Of a stretch of DNA of 64,000 bases, positions 18,260-28,725 are shown piece by piece. Location: assembly GCA_963712115.1 (NCBI GenBank), contig CAVQGX010000031.1:256001-320000 (forward strand), given 5' to 3'. The position numbers and the translations under genes were made by a program. The notes below the pieces were generated by a model. It saw nothing but the letters and a program-made list of their open reading frames with translations. It ran no database searches and was not told the origin of the DNA. How positions within the stretch are numbered: position 1 is the stretch's first letter; each line of letters begins with the position of its first letter. This DNA comes from an uncultured delta proteobacterium (GTDB lineage: Bacteria; Desulfobacterota; Syntrophobacteria; BM002).

Positions 18260-19072
18260 ATGACAGAAAACATTTTGGATAGGAACGAATTAGAAAAAAG
18301 CAGCATGGAGCCCATTAAGGACGGCAAATTCTCTTTCGCTTGCCACCCTGGTGTTCCCTGCTTCACTAGATGCTGCTCCGATCTTGACCTTGCCCTTACC
18401 CCATACGATGTTTTGCGTCTTAAAAACAGGTTGGGTATCTCCTCTAGTGATTTCTTGGATCGATACACCACTGAAGAGGTTAGACACAATTGCGGCTTAC
18501 CCATGTTGATGCTCAAGATGAAAAACGATTCCAAGAGGACTTGCCCTTTTCTAGGGCCCGAGGGGTGTACTGTTTACCAGGATCGACCTGGAGCCTGCCG
18601 TCTTTACCCTGTGGCGCGAGCTGCTAAATACGTTGGCGGCAGAGTGAAGGAACGACACTATCTGCTGAAAGAGCCACACTGTCTTGGCTTCCAGGAAGAA
18701 AAAGGGTGGACGGACAAGGAGTGGCTCGAGGACCAGGGTCTCGAGCTTTACAACGAGATGAACGGTCTGTGGATGGCGATAAATCAGTCCAGTAAAGAAA
18801 ACAACACCCCTCCTCCCATAACTGATGAAAAGCTCAAGATGTACTTCATGGCCTGCTACAACCTGGATATGTTCAAAAAGTTTGTCTTCGAAAGCAGACT
18901 GCTGAACCTCTTCCAGATCAACAAAAAAACCGTTTCACAAATTCAATCTGATGAAAGGGAGTTGCTCAAATTTTCCTTCCGCTGGTTACAATTTGCCATC
19001 TTCGCCAAGAATACCATGAAGCCCAAAAAGGGTGTAATCAAGGCAAAAAAAAGAGCAATGGGAAGAAGATGA
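18260..19072 (+). CDS. YkgJ family cysteine-cluster protein (paralogue 2)
   Basis: FACHPGVPCFTRCC...LTPYD...CPFL...CTVYQDRPGACRLYP. Confidence 0.9.
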   Translation: MTENILDRNELEKSSMEPIKDGKFSFACHPGVPCFTRCCSDLDLALTPYDVLRLKNRLGISSSDFLDRYTTEEVRHNCGLPMLMLKMKNDSKRTCPFLGPEGCTVYQDRPGACRLYPVARAAKYVGGRVKERHYLLKEPHCLGFQEEKGWTDKEWLEDQGLELYNEMNGLWMAINQSSKENNTPPPITDEKLKMYFMACYNLDMFKKFVFESRLLNLFQINKKTVSQIQSDERELLKFSFRWLQFAIFAKNTMKPKKGVIKAKKRAMGRR

Positions 19073-19178
19073 TTCCCACTACTTTTTTGGGGGCTCAAGC
19101 CAACAGGCTCAGGGCGTAAGGCTATTGATCTTAAACTATATTCCTTGTACCTTATACCTTGCGCCTTGTGCCTTTTCT

Positions 19179-19445
19179 TTATTCAATAATCCCGTCCTTC
19201 AAATCATGCTTGGTCCACACGGGAATGGGGTCACATAACTTATTTCTCGGGTTGTAGCGACACCTGTATGAGGTCTTTGACTCCCGGGTTTTCTCCATAT
19301 ATTCCCAACCCTCTACATAGTATTCACAGTCATCATTGAAACAAACGTATTGATATGGTTCGCTCCAAGTGTTTTCAGGCGGCGGCTGCCACTTGAGCAT
19401 CGGTTCCCCACAGTGCGGGCAGTTGGGCTGTTCTTCTTTGCTCAT
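19179..19445 (-). CDS. Small zinc-finger protein (Ogr/Delta-like)
   Basis: 88 aa; CPHC...YVCFNDDC; RBS AGGAG. Confidence 0.7.
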   Translation of the reverse strand: MSKEEQPNCPHCGEPMLKWQPPPENTWSEPYQYVCFNDDCEYYVEGWEYMEKTRESKTSYRCRYNPRNKLCDPIPVWTKHDLKDGIIE

Positions 19446-19486
19446 TACTTAACTCCTTGATATATTGATTACCCAATCTTTCAGGA

Positions 19487-19810
19487 TTAGCGATTTTTCA
19501 GATATATATTGGAAAATTCCTCTAAGGTCTCTTTCATGATTACCTCGGCATCAGGTACACCGTCTGCGAAAATCTCCCCTATCTTCTCGAAGCTGAGCTG
19601 ATCTAAGTCCCTAGTGATCGCCATATATTTAGCTTGTTTGTCCTCTGGCAAGGCCTCCACCATTCTTCGACCAAGCATGGCTTCGTAAAGATTGTACATC
19701 CTCTCGAGCTCTTTCTCTTGGTTCTCTTCGCTTAATTCGAGCCCTCTTTTCTTTATCAGCGCTTCACAAAAGTTGAGGATGAACGGATTTCTTGGCTTGT
19801 CATCATTCAT
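19487..19810 (-). CDS. Small acidic helical hypothetical protein
   Basis: Coherent amphipathic helical ORF; ATG at 19810 after GAAAGGAAAAG (alternative GTG 19837). Confidence 0.65.
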   Translation of the reverse strand: MNDDKPRNPFILNFCEALIKKRGLELSEENQEKELERMYNLYEAMLGRRMVEALPEDKQAKYMAITRDLDQLSFEKIGEIFADGVPDAEVIMKETLEEFSNIYLKNR

Positions 19811-20430
19811 ACAACTTTTCCTTTCACCTTCAGTCACGGGATAGATTTTTGAACACCTTTTAATATAAGCATCGTCCAGGCTGTTTTCTACCCTAATTAT
19901 CCTGCATTGTAAAGTAATGTGGAAGGGATGAACATTGGAACGAGTTCAGAAAGAAGCTGATTATCGGTTGAAGCAGGCAGACAATGATCTATCCCTGACC
20001 CAGTGAAGAATCCTGGCCTTTCGAAGATCACGCTGTGCGGGGGGGAGGACCAGACTTCGCCCAGGCTATGACGCGGCAGGGGATTTGAGCCAGCCCCAGA
20101 GGCATTGTGGATTGTGATCTTAAATTTCGAAATCCGAATTGTACCCTATGCCCCATGCCCTTTGCTCTTTGCCAACTTAGCTTTGGATGCGCCAGGATTA
20201 CATACCTCAATACGCTGGACTTTTTTCATCTTTCAGCAAAATAGGTTGACGAACCTTTTCCTTGAGTTATAAGTTGGGCATTGTCCGTCGCTGATGCTAT
20301 GTGAACTGTACTTTTGTCTTTTGGTGAGTAGTTATATCTGAGCCCGGTTGTTCCACTGGCTCCAAGCTCAATATCTGCCAGAAGACATCGCTTCAAGGAG
20401 GAGGGGTGTAATGAGAGAGGAGACTGTTGT

Positions 20431-21159
20431 ATGGACAAGAAAGATCTAGAACAGACGCTGGTGCTCATCAAACCGGATGCCCTTAAGAATTCATTGACAG
20501 GATATGTGCTTTCTCAACTTTCCCAATTCCACACGGGCCTGCGCTTCGCTGGAGCAAAGATCGTTTGTGTCAGCAGGATTCTTGCCGAGGAACATTATGC
20601 TGAGCATCGAGGCAAAATATTTTTCCCTCCGCTTATAGATTACCTCATGGGACTCATACATTATGCCAATGAATCTTGGAAAAGAAGAGTGATCGCATTT
20701 GTCTATCACGGTCCGGGGGCAATTAAGAAGATCCGAGATATTGCCGGCCCGACCAACCCACACATTGCCAGAGAGCAAAGTCCAGGATGCATTCGCGCCC
20801 TGGGCACAGTTGTCCCCCTCAAGGATGCTGCAGGAAATGAGATCGGAGAGCGCATGGACAATCTCATCCATGCCTCCGCCACAAGTGGTGAAGCTGAACG
20901 CGAAATCAAGCTCTGGTTCAAGCCCAACGATATCCCGCCCTTGATGCATGCCTACCCTGTTGAGGTAAGCAAGGATCATTTCTATTACAAGGACGGCAAA
21001 CTTTATGTGACCTACGAACCGGACAGCATTTGCCTTATAGCACCTGGTGATGTTGCCTGGCAGTCTGATCTGGATACACTCCGCCTGTTATACCAGGGAT
21101 TGCCTGCACCATGCTCTCTTGAGTCAGTGATCGCCAAGTATCTCATTAATGTGAAATAG
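20431..21159 (+). CDS. ndk: Nucleoside-diphosphate kinase family protein with C-terminal extension
   Basis: EQTLVLIKPDA, AEEHYAEH, RDIAGPTNP, NLIHAS, AEREIKLWF; 242 aa versus ~140 typical. Confidence 0.82.
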   Translation: MDKKDLEQTLVLIKPDALKNSLTGYVLSQLSQFHTGLRFAGAKIVCVSRILAEEHYAEHRGKIFFPPLIDYLMGLIHYANESWKRRVIAFVYHGPGAIKKIRDIAGPTNPHIAREQSPGCIRALGTVVPLKDAAGNEIGERMDNLIHASATSGEAEREIKLWFKPNDIPPLMHAYPVEVSKDHFYYKDGKLYVTYEPDSICLIAPGDVAWQSDLDTLRLLYQGLPAPCSLESVIAKYLINVK

Positions 21160-21330
21160 GGGAGCCATCAGACAATTTTTCCTTTTTAAATCAATATAAT
21201 AGAATATTTGTTATCCTGTTACATCATCAGAAACATCTGAGCAGTAAAAAATTTGTGGATTGAGGGATTTGGGGATTGAAGAACTCGTAGGCTACCGTTT
21301 CAATTCCTGAATTGCCTTTGGAGATCAGCA

Positions 21331-22635
21331 ATGACTACTCCGGGAAATGAGCAAGGCCCCAACAAAGAGATAATGGACGCCATACTCCAGGTTCTGGAGG
21401 GAGGCAACCCGGAAGAGATCGCCCAAAACCTGGGTATGAGCCCTGAACAGTTGGTCGCTCTCAGCGAATCTTTTGCGCAGCAAACCTACCAGCAGAGTCT
21501 GCTGGGTGAAGCAGCCAAGCGCAAGATTGGTCGTAATCAGCCTTGTCCCTGTGGCTCTGGTAAGAAGTACAAGAAATGCTGTCTGCGGAAGCATGAGAAG
21601 ATCAAGGACCTTTTGCGCTCCAGTATGGATTTTCAGGAACCGGAGGTTGAAGAGGAGGGGCCGCCTGAATACGTGGTAAAAGGATTCGATCTTCTGGCCG
21701 CAAACAATTACGAAGAGGCAATCAGTTATGCCAGCGATCTCCTCTCAACCTATCCCGAAGATGACCGAATCCATGACACCCTAACCACTGCCTACCTGGC
21801 TACCAGTCAACATGACGAGGCTGTTGCTATCTGCCGTAGCCGCTGGGAGGTGGCAAAAGAGGAAAAAGACTTCTTCATCGAACATGGTCGTCACAAACGC
21901 TTGCCAGAGGGTGACGATAGTGGAGCACCTCACTTTTATGCCCCTGATACCTGGCTGGAGAAATACTGGATAGCATTAAAGGCCAAGGACTACAGCAACC
22001 TGCTGCCCGAGCCACAAGATCCTCAGATTAGCCGTCTGATTGCTGAACTACAAACCGCCAATGATTTGAACCGTTTTCCCGAACAGCAAGAAAAGGGTCT
22101 GGAGCAAAGGAGGGAGGCTCTGACCCCTACAATAGAACAACTCAAAACGGCTGGACCTGACGCTCTTCCCTACCTACTCCAGATTATGAGCCAATTTTCC
22201 TGGGCTACCCTGTTCGTGCCTGAGATAATTGCCCATTACCCCGCCGAGTTAGCCATCCGCAGCCTCATGGACATCACCATGTTCAACTACCACTACGTGT
22301 CTGAGGCATGCCTCAAACATCTAGAGGGGCTGGGTGCTGATGTGCTTCCCCATATCCGCGAGGTGTTTAGCCGTGATCAGGAATTTGATCCACTTAAGGT
22401 AGGCTTTATCAATATGCTGAGCAAATTTGACGTGGCCGGGGTGGACGAACTACTGGTGGAATTCCTGGAGTCTGAGGAAACTGCGGTGGTGGATTGGACT
22501 GGTTTGGTTATTGGCAAGCGGAATCGAACAGATTTGCTACCCGCTCTGGAAGAAGCAAATTCCCGGATTGGTAATAAAACCCGAATCGGTTGGGCAATCA
22601 ATCATCTAAAGGAACTCAAGGAAGCCAAGGACTAA
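21331..22635 (+). CDS. SEC-C motif protein with TPR/HEAT-like repeats
   Basis: KIGRNQPCPCGSGKKYKKCC near the N-terminus, then helical repeats. Confidence 0.8.
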   Translation: MTTPGNEQGPNKEIMDAILQVLEGGNPEEIAQNLGMSPEQLVALSESFAQQTYQQSLLGEAAKRKIGRNQPCPCGSGKKYKKCCLRKHEKIKDLLRSSMDFQEPEVEEEGPPEYVVKGFDLLAANNYEEAISYASDLLSTYPEDDRIHDTLTTAYLATSQHDEAVAICRSRWEVAKEEKDFFIEHGRHKRLPEGDDSGAPHFYAPDTWLEKYWIALKAKDYSNLLPEPQDPQISRLIAELQTANDLNRFPEQQEKGLEQRREALTPTIEQLKTAGPDALPYLLQIMSQFSWATLFVPEIIAHYPAELAIRSLMDITMFNYHYVSEACLKHLEGLGADVLPHIREVFSRDQEFDPLKVGFINMLSKFDVAGVDELLVEFLESEETAVVDWTGLVIGKRNRTDLLPALEEANSRIGNKTRIGWAINHLKELKEAKD

Positions 22636-22970
22636 AGTCCACTAGGCAGTAGGCACTAGAAGCAAGAAGTCAGGAGCCAGAAGGAAGAAATGAAAATTGA
22701 ATTCCTCTCAACCACTGGCTACTTGCTGCTGGATTCTATGCCTAGTGTAGCACTCTTCGTGCCTGAGGATTTTCATGCGGAAACTGGCTGGCTTTCAGGG
22801 AGGTCCCTTTTTCAGCCAACAGTAACTGAACCTCGTTTATTATAACGCTCTCGCGATCGTTTTCCCTGCCACTGGTCAAGCTTTTGTCCCCCGGATGTAA
22901 TGTTTCGACCAGAACAGCCGACAACACTTTCCCCCCAAAGAGTAACCGTTAATCTAAGCAAGAGATTATC

Positions 22971-23819
22971 TCAAGCCTCATTCTTATCTCGATATACCAG
23001 CACCGGTCTGGTAGTTAAGCGTACCAGGTTGAGGGCCTCGTCGCTTATGACTTTCAAATACTTGGGACGTTTATGTCCGTAAGCGCTCAGCACCAACAGG
23101 TCATATCTTTCCACTGCCACCGCTTTGAGGAGTTCGTCTACAAAATCGCCCTTCGCTGTTTTCTTGATGGGAGTGAACCCCAATTTTTTTAAGGTCTCTT
23201 CCCCGGTCAACACACAGGCTTGGGCGAATTCCTCGCTTTCCCCCAGTGCGGTTTCCTGGACGTGCATAATGGTAATATCTGGCTTTTTCTTGCCAAACAG
23301 CGCGCCGATATACTCCAGCGCCCCCTGGTCACACTGCGAGCCGCGATAGGCCACCAAAATTTTCTGGATCGGGCGGAAATCGCGCAGGATCAGCACCGGT
23401 TGCTGGGCATGATGAAGAATTTTGGCATGAACCGCACCCAGGAGAAAACCCCTTAAGGAGGAGCGACCATGGGAACCTAGGACAATCATGTCATACTTGC
23501 CGGTTTCGGCTGCATGAAGGATTTCATCGGCCGGTTCACCTACGGCCACCTTTGGTTCACAAGGTATTCGGCCACCGATGCATACCTCACAAGCTTCGAT
23601 TATCTCATCCAACACCTGTTTCGCTTCTGTTTCCACGGCCTCTTCTACATCTTTCTTGGTGGTGAAAGGTGCATAAGAACTTTCTGCCACTATCTCCACC
23701 AAATCGGGCTTGACAAAGAGGGCATCCACTTCTGCGCTAAAATGTTCCAGCAAATGGCAGCTATAGCGCAGAGCCAGTTGGGATTCTTCGCTTTTATCGA
23801 CTGCGACCAGAATTTTCAT
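22971..23819 (-). CDS. Universal stress protein (tandem USP)
   Basis: MKILVAVDKS; DMIVLGSHGRS...GAVHAKILHHAQQPVLIL; second domain ends RPVLVY. Confidence 0.9.
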   Translation of the reverse strand: MKILVAVDKSEESQLALRYSCHLLEHFSAEVDALFVKPDLVEIVAESSYAPFTTKKDVEEAVETEAKQVLDEIIEACEVCIGGRIPCEPKVAVGEPADEILHAAETGKYDMIVLGSHGRSSLRGFLLGAVHAKILHHAQQPVLILRDFRPIQKILVAYRGSQCDQGALEYIGALFGKKKPDITIMHVQETALGESEEFAQACVLTGEETLKKLGFTPIKKTAKGDFVDELLKAVAVERYDLLVLSAYGHKRPKYLKVISDEALNLVRLTTRPVLVYRDKNEA

Positions 23820-23893
23820 AAGATCACCTCTTGGTAGATAGGGAGTGTAACTTCCCGATCGTTGAAATTCGGTTTAAGTTTAGGGTCAACCGA

Positions 23894-24772
23894 TTAGCGC
23901 ATTATCAGAACCGAGGTCTGACATTTGCTGGCAAATCGCCCCACCCAATCCCGTGGGAAAAAGCGATCCAAAAGAGATTTCTTTCCCATCCAGAGTGCCA
24001 GCAGATTCTGCTTCAGTTCCTGGGCCACGAAGCTCTCGAATTCGGAGATCTCGGTCAGGGTGGTCTTCACCTCTATCTGGCGATCCTCATAGTAGTCGCC
24101 GATCTCGATCAAGCGTCGATAAACATCCTTTTTCATCGCCCCTTCCTGGCTGAGACCGATCAATTCCAACTTGGCCCCATGGATGGTGGCCATCTGATTG
24201 ATCATCTCCAGGGAATCCTGGCTTATATAGCTCTGGTCCAAGCAGGCGAGAATCCCCGTTATGGGCTGTTCTTCCTTGACCAGCAACACCGAGCACTCCG
24301 CCTCATTCAACACCCCCTGCGGCACGGGAGAAGAACCTTCCCAATGGCACTTACCGCCTTTAGTACAGCCAAGGACGATGAGATCGGCTTCTTCTTCCCC
24401 AGCTTCAACCAAGATTTCTTGGGCAATGTTCCCAGCTCGCAAGCGGACTTTCAGATCTTTCTTGGCGCTACGGCAGACAAGCATCTCTTCCCAAAGGCCG
24501 TTTTTGACGGGAATCCATCTATAGTCCCAGTTTTTCATGGCATAGGGTGATTCATCCCCATCACCGCTTTTTAGAAAATCCTCCCGATAGCGGTGCAGGG
24601 CCTGATTCAGTGGGTGATTCAGCGGCCACGGGTCATTCTCCTCCTTGCCAGACTCCGTGGTCCGGACCCCAAAGAGAGTCACATCAGCCCAGGTGTTTAT
24701 TGCCAACTTGGCAGCTTCATGGACCGCAAAGTCGCTGTATGGGTTTTCGTCAACTGCAACAAGAATTCGCAT
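23894..24772 (-). CDS. Universal stress protein (tandem USP)
   Basis: MRILVAVDE; DLIVLG; CSVLLVK; TSVLIMR. Confidence 0.85.
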   Translation of the reverse strand: MRILVAVDENPYSDFAVHEAAKLAINTWADVTLFGVRTTESGKEENDPWPLNHPLNQALHRYREDFLKSGDGDESPYAMKNWDYRWIPVKNGLWEEMLVCRSAKKDLKVRLRAGNIAQEILVEAGEEEADLIVLGCTKGGKCHWEGSSPVPQGVLNEAECSVLLVKEEQPITGILACLDQSYISQDSLEMINQMATIHGAKLELIGLSQEGAMKKDVYRRLIEIGDYYEDRQIEVKTTLTEISEFESFVAQELKQNLLALWMGKKSLLDRFFPRDWVGRFASKCQTSVLIMR

Positions 24773-24805
24773 GGTATCCTCCCTTCATATCTTCACCTAC
24801 GCCCT

Positions 24806-25612
24806 TCACCAGCTAATAAGAACGGGCGATGAAATCCGATCAAACAATGCCAGGAGCTGGCTCTTTTTGCTGAAACTCCGGTCAATGGCCGCCAGCACCA
24901 AGCCGTATTCCTGAAGATGTTCGACAAGTTCCGCTGGTGGCCCTTGAGCCACTCGACTCTGACCAGGAGTCCACCCTTCAGAACCGAGCAGTCTTCCTGC
25001 CTCTTTGATTCTCCCATCCAATTCTTCCTCTCCTTGCGACAAGGTTAAGCCGGTTTGTTGAAACCTGTAGGAGAGCAGATCAATCCCGATCTTCGCCCCT
25101 CTAAAGATACGCAAAAAGGTTGAGATAAGGCGGTGGGGATCGGCCTCATCACTTAACAGCAGCAACACTTTTTGCAGCGGCAAGAGATTCTTGACCAGAA
25201 TAAACGGGCAGCCCATCTGCTGGTATAGGCTAGAATGAATCTTCTGGTAGAGTTTCGCAGAGAAAGAGACTGAGGCAATTCCTTCCACGAAAAGGTCATA
25301 CGCTCCCCTTTTCAGCTCATTAAGGATCTCCTCTTCGCGGTCCCCGATGAAGATGAGAGGCTTGTTTAAAACAGGACAAAAACTGCTCTCTGCTTTGAGA
25401 AGTTGGGCGATCTCGTCCTTCCCCTTCTGCAGCAATTCTTTTTCCCAGGTACGACGTGCCCAGCCGGCACCAGTGGCAGGTCCCTCCAGGCCTGGTTCCT
25501 TTACATGGATGGTCTGGAGTTCCACTTCCATCAGGTTTGCCAGTTGGCAACCATATCTGAGTGCGATGCTGGATGCCAGGTCTGATTCGACGGCAACAAG
25601 AACCTTTATCAT
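24806..25612 (-). CDS. Universal stress protein (tandem USP, divergent)
   Basis: MIKVLVAVES; CPFILVK; SPVLISW. Confidence 0.8.
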   Translation of the reverse strand: MIKVLVAVESDLASSIALRYGCQLANLMEVELQTIHVKEPGLEGPATGAGWARRTWEKELLQKGKDEIAQLLKAESSFCPVLNKPLIFIGDREEEILNELKRGAYDLFVEGIASVSFSAKLYQKIHSSLYQQMGCPFILVKNLLPLQKVLLLLSDEADPHRLISTFLRIFRGAKIGIDLLSYRFQQTGLTLSQGEEELDGRIKEAGRLLGSEGWTPGQSRVAQGPPAELVEHLQEYGLVLAAIDRSFSKKSQLLALFDRISSPVLISW

Positions 25613-25683
25613 AGTTATCTACCCTCTTTCGGTAGGTTGACCGAAGGCCACCCCGGGAGACGTTGCCGGGGCAAAAGTCCTCC

Positions 25684-26079
25684 CTACCTAGATCGATTCT
25701 CCCGCACCTTCATCTCCGCCTTCCTGACAATCTCCTGAATTTCTCCCATTTTGAATGGTTTGGCGATGAAGTCGAACACACCTTTCTGGAAGGATTCCTT
25801 GGCGGTCTCCATGGTGGCGAACCCGGTGATGACGATCACCTCGGTTGTCTGAGAGCGGCTCTTCACTTCGGTGAGGAATTGCATACCGTCAAATCCTTCC
25901 ATTTTCAGATCGGTGATGACGATATCGAACTCCTTTTCCTTGATCCGCTCCATGGCATCAACGCTATGGGTGAAAGCCTCCACCTCGTAGCCAACTTTTT
26001 CCAATCCCGGTTTTAGACGCTTGCACACAATTGGCTCATCGTCCAGAATGATTACCTGCGTTTTTTTCTCAGTGTTCAT
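25684..26079 (-). CDS. Single-domain response regulator
   Basis: IILDDE, IVITDLKM, ITGF, IAKPF. Confidence 0.92.
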   Translation of the reverse strand: MNTEKKTQVIILDDEPIVCKRLKPGLEKVGYEVEAFTHSVDAMERIKEKEFDIVITDLKMEGFDGMQFLTEVKSRSQTTEVIVITGFATMETAKESFQKGVFDFIAKPFKMGEIQEIVRKAEMKVRENRSR

Positions 26080-26090
26080 AATGCCTCCCT

Positions 26091-28673
26091 TCAGATCTGT
26101 CCAACCGCGTTAGGGGCTTCCGCTAACGCGAGAAAATCTTCCATGTATTTGGTCATGTGCTCATCGCTGATCATTTTCACATCCAGTTGGCGGGTGAATG
26201 CCACCAGTCGTCCGAGAATGCGCATCTTGCCAACCATGCCCTGGGCAGGAAGCTTCTTGATCCGCGCTACAACCAGATCCCCGCGCACATCAACACGGAA
26301 GTCATACCTTCCAAGGACCTCGGCGAGAAAGTTCGCCCTCCGCGACCTGCGGGTAATGTCCGTAACTCCGCCAAGAAATCGAAAGTAAGCGTAGTTGTCA
26401 TTGGGTTTTTCGCTTATGTAGGAATCAATAATGTTGAAGTGATACCCGAGCCTAAGACTGAGATTGAGATATTCTTTGCTTATAACCGCCAGATTCAGAC
26501 CCAAATACCGGGGACTAGCCATGGCAGAAGAAAAAGTCCGGGTAAGACTTGACATGAAACTGCCAAAATCTACAGACATGGGTTCCGTCGCCCACATTCC
26601 CGGCTCGGCCATTCCTTCCAAAAGAGCACGCATGGGCACCGAGATAACCTGGCTTTGCTCGATCTCATTCGAGTTTGCCTGTTCAACCAGGCCACCACCG
26701 ATATCAATGATCACCAGCCCCAGAGGAATAGGGAACTTCAACTTTCGCAATGCGGTTTCCGAGCGGTGGTCATACTTCAGCTCGATTAATTCCTCCACAG
26801 CCCTTTCGTGGACAAAACGGGTGATGTCGTGAAAGGTCTTGCAGGAGGTGGGATTGAAGTTCTTATCATGCGGATCCACCAGATTTAGTGGGGCGATTTT
26901 TTTAAGCACCCGGCGGAGTAGCCTGTATTCATATGTTTCTTCAATGGCTTCTTCGGTAAACTCATAGTAGCACAGCTCCTTGACCGTCCCCTGGTAGACC
27001 ACATTCTGTTCGGCGTCCAAGGTGATCTCCTGGCCTGTGTGCAATAGCCTTGTTGCCACCCCGGTATTTACGATGGTTGGTACTCTGAATTCACGGGCAA
27101 TGGTGGCCATGTGTCCGGTAGCTGAACCTACATCGGTAAGGATGGCATTGGCCCTCTTGATCACCCTTGCAAGGCGAGGCGAGGTGTACTTGGTGACTAG
27201 AATGGCACCCTGGGGAAAATCGTCCAAATCTTCGTCGCTTTTGACTACAAAGACCTTTCCGGTGCCGACGCCCCGTTGAGCAATCACCCCTTTCCCTGCA
27301 AAAATGATCGGGTAACTCTCGAGAACCGAGGAGATATCACAGACTAGCTGGTCAATCTGGGCTTTGATCTTAAGCGGTCTGGCTTGCAAGATGAAAACGG
27401 CGCCATCCTGATCCAGCACCCATTCAATGTCCTGCGGTCTCTTGAAGTATCGTTCGATAGTGAAAGCCATGTTCACCAAGCTCAGCGCCTGTTCTTCGGT
27501 CAGGCACGATCTGGTCTGGAGATCTTCAGGGACCGGGCGAATCTCGGTTCCCCCGCTCTCCCTCGTGGTGAGCATCTCGCTCTTGCGCACGATGTTGAGT
27601 GCTGTTATGGGGTAAGGAGCCTCACGGCTCACGGTGTAGTTGTCCGCCACTATTTTACCGGCCACAAGTGGAGCACCGAGACCCCAGGTAGCGGTGATTA
27701 TCATGACTTCCTGCTCAGGAGATTGTGGGTCCAGCGAATAGAGAACACCGCTGACTTTGGCATCCACCATCAGCTGGCAACCGACAGCCATAGCCACCTC
27801 AGTTTCTGAAAACCCTGTCTGGAGCCGGTATTCCATGGCCGAACTTGAATAGGTACTGGCAAGAACGTCCTTGTAGCGATCCAGGATATTCTCTGGGGGT
27901 TCATTGAGAAAGCTTGTATATTGACCGGCAAAAGTGTGCTCGCCGTCCTCACCCCAAGCGCTGCTGCGGATGGCAAGAGAGGGCTTCACAGTCTCCGCTG
28001 ACAGGTAGAGCTGATCCATGGCGTTACCTATGGCTTTCTCCAGGGCTGGCGGGATCTTCCCCTCTATGATTAGACCTTGAATTCTTGCTGCAGCCTCCTC
28101 GCTCGAGTACTCTTTTTCTTCTCGCCAACCGGTGATAATAGCTTCAATCTGATCCCAGAGCTGATTGTGCTCTATGTAAGACTGGAATGTTCTGGTGGTA
28201 ATGGCGAAGCCGTCCGGAACAGCCAGGTGGAGTAGATTTTTCACCTCCGCAAGGTTAGCGTTCTTGTTGCCGACCACATCGCTGAAATCCCGAGAGATCG
28301 CCGTGTAAGGCATGGTATAATCTGTCTTAGGAATGACCAGCCTGCCGGCCAGTTCTTCTCTAATGTCAGCGTTGATCCGCTCATAGCTTTCATAGAGCGG
28401 TAGGTATTTTTTTGGGGCGATGGTGTTCAGATTGTAGATGATGTTGTAGACCAGCTCAGCCGCTTTCTCACAGGTAGAGATAATGTACTGCCGGTCGAAC
28501 ACGTAATCCCCCCCCAGTTTGTCTCCCATATCAGCAATCAACTCAAGAATCTGGTTGTTTTTCTCCAAGATTTTCTGGAACCTGCCAAAGAGAACTCCAA
28601 ACGGGACCTTTTGTGCGGCTTGCCGTCGAAAGTTGAGTAGCTTTTTAACTCGGCTTAATAAACTCATCTGCAT
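26091..28673 (-). CDS. PEP/pyruvate-binding (PPDK_N) plus His-swivel protein; PEP-synthase-like dikinase lacking the PEP barrel
   Basis: VGNKNANL, VPDGFAIT, AIRSSAWGED..FAGQY, QDIEW..ILQARPL, GSATGHMATIAREF; ATG at 28673 chosen to avoid overlap with the upstream gene. Confidence 0.85.
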   Translation of the reverse strand: MQMSLLSRVKKLLNFRRQAAQKVPFGVLFGRFQKILEKNNQILELIADMGDKLGGDYVFDRQYIISTCEKAAELVYNIIYNLNTIAPKKYLPLYESYERINADIREELAGRLVIPKTDYTMPYTAISRDFSDVVGNKNANLAEVKNLLHLAVPDGFAITTRTFQSYIEHNQLWDQIEAIITGWREEKEYSSEEAAARIQGLIIEGKIPPALEKAIGNAMDQLYLSAETVKPSLAIRSSAWGEDGEHTFAGQYTSFLNEPPENILDRYKDVLASTYSSSAMEYRLQTGFSETEVAMAVGCQLMVDAKVSGVLYSLDPQSPEQEVMIITATWGLGAPLVAGKIVADNYTVSREAPYPITALNIVRKSEMLTTRESGGTEIRPVPEDLQTRSCLTEEQALSLVNMAFTIERYFKRPQDIEWVLDQDGAVFILQARPLKIKAQIDQLVCDISSVLESYPIIFAGKGVIAQRGVGTGKVFVVKSDEDLDDFPQGAILVTKYTSPRLARVIKRANAILTDVGSATGHMATIAREFRVPTIVNTGVATRLLHTGQEITLDAEQNVVYQGTVKELCYYEFTEEAIEETYEYRLLRRVLKKIAPLNLVDPHDKNFNPTSCKTFHDITRFVHERAVEELIELKYDHRSETALRKLKFPIPLGLVIIDIGGGLVEQANSNEIEQSQVISVPMRALLEGMAEPGMWATEPMSVDFGSFMSSLTRTFSSAMASPRYLGLNLAVISKEYLNLSLRLGYHFNIIDSYISEKPNDNYAYFRFLGGVTDITRRSRRANFLAEVLGRYDFRVDVRGDLVVARIKKLPAQGMVGKMRILGRLVAFTRQLDVKMISDEHMTKYMEDFLALAEAPNAVGQI

Positions 28674-28725
28674 CGCGATCTCTTCCGCTCGCCTTGAGCC
28701 GGGTGCAAAGCACCCGGTCGAAAGG

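Noticed and set aside
26091-28673. Calling the dikinase ppsA
   Set aside because: It lacks the C-terminal PEP/pyruvate-binding barrel motifs, so no symbol was assigned.
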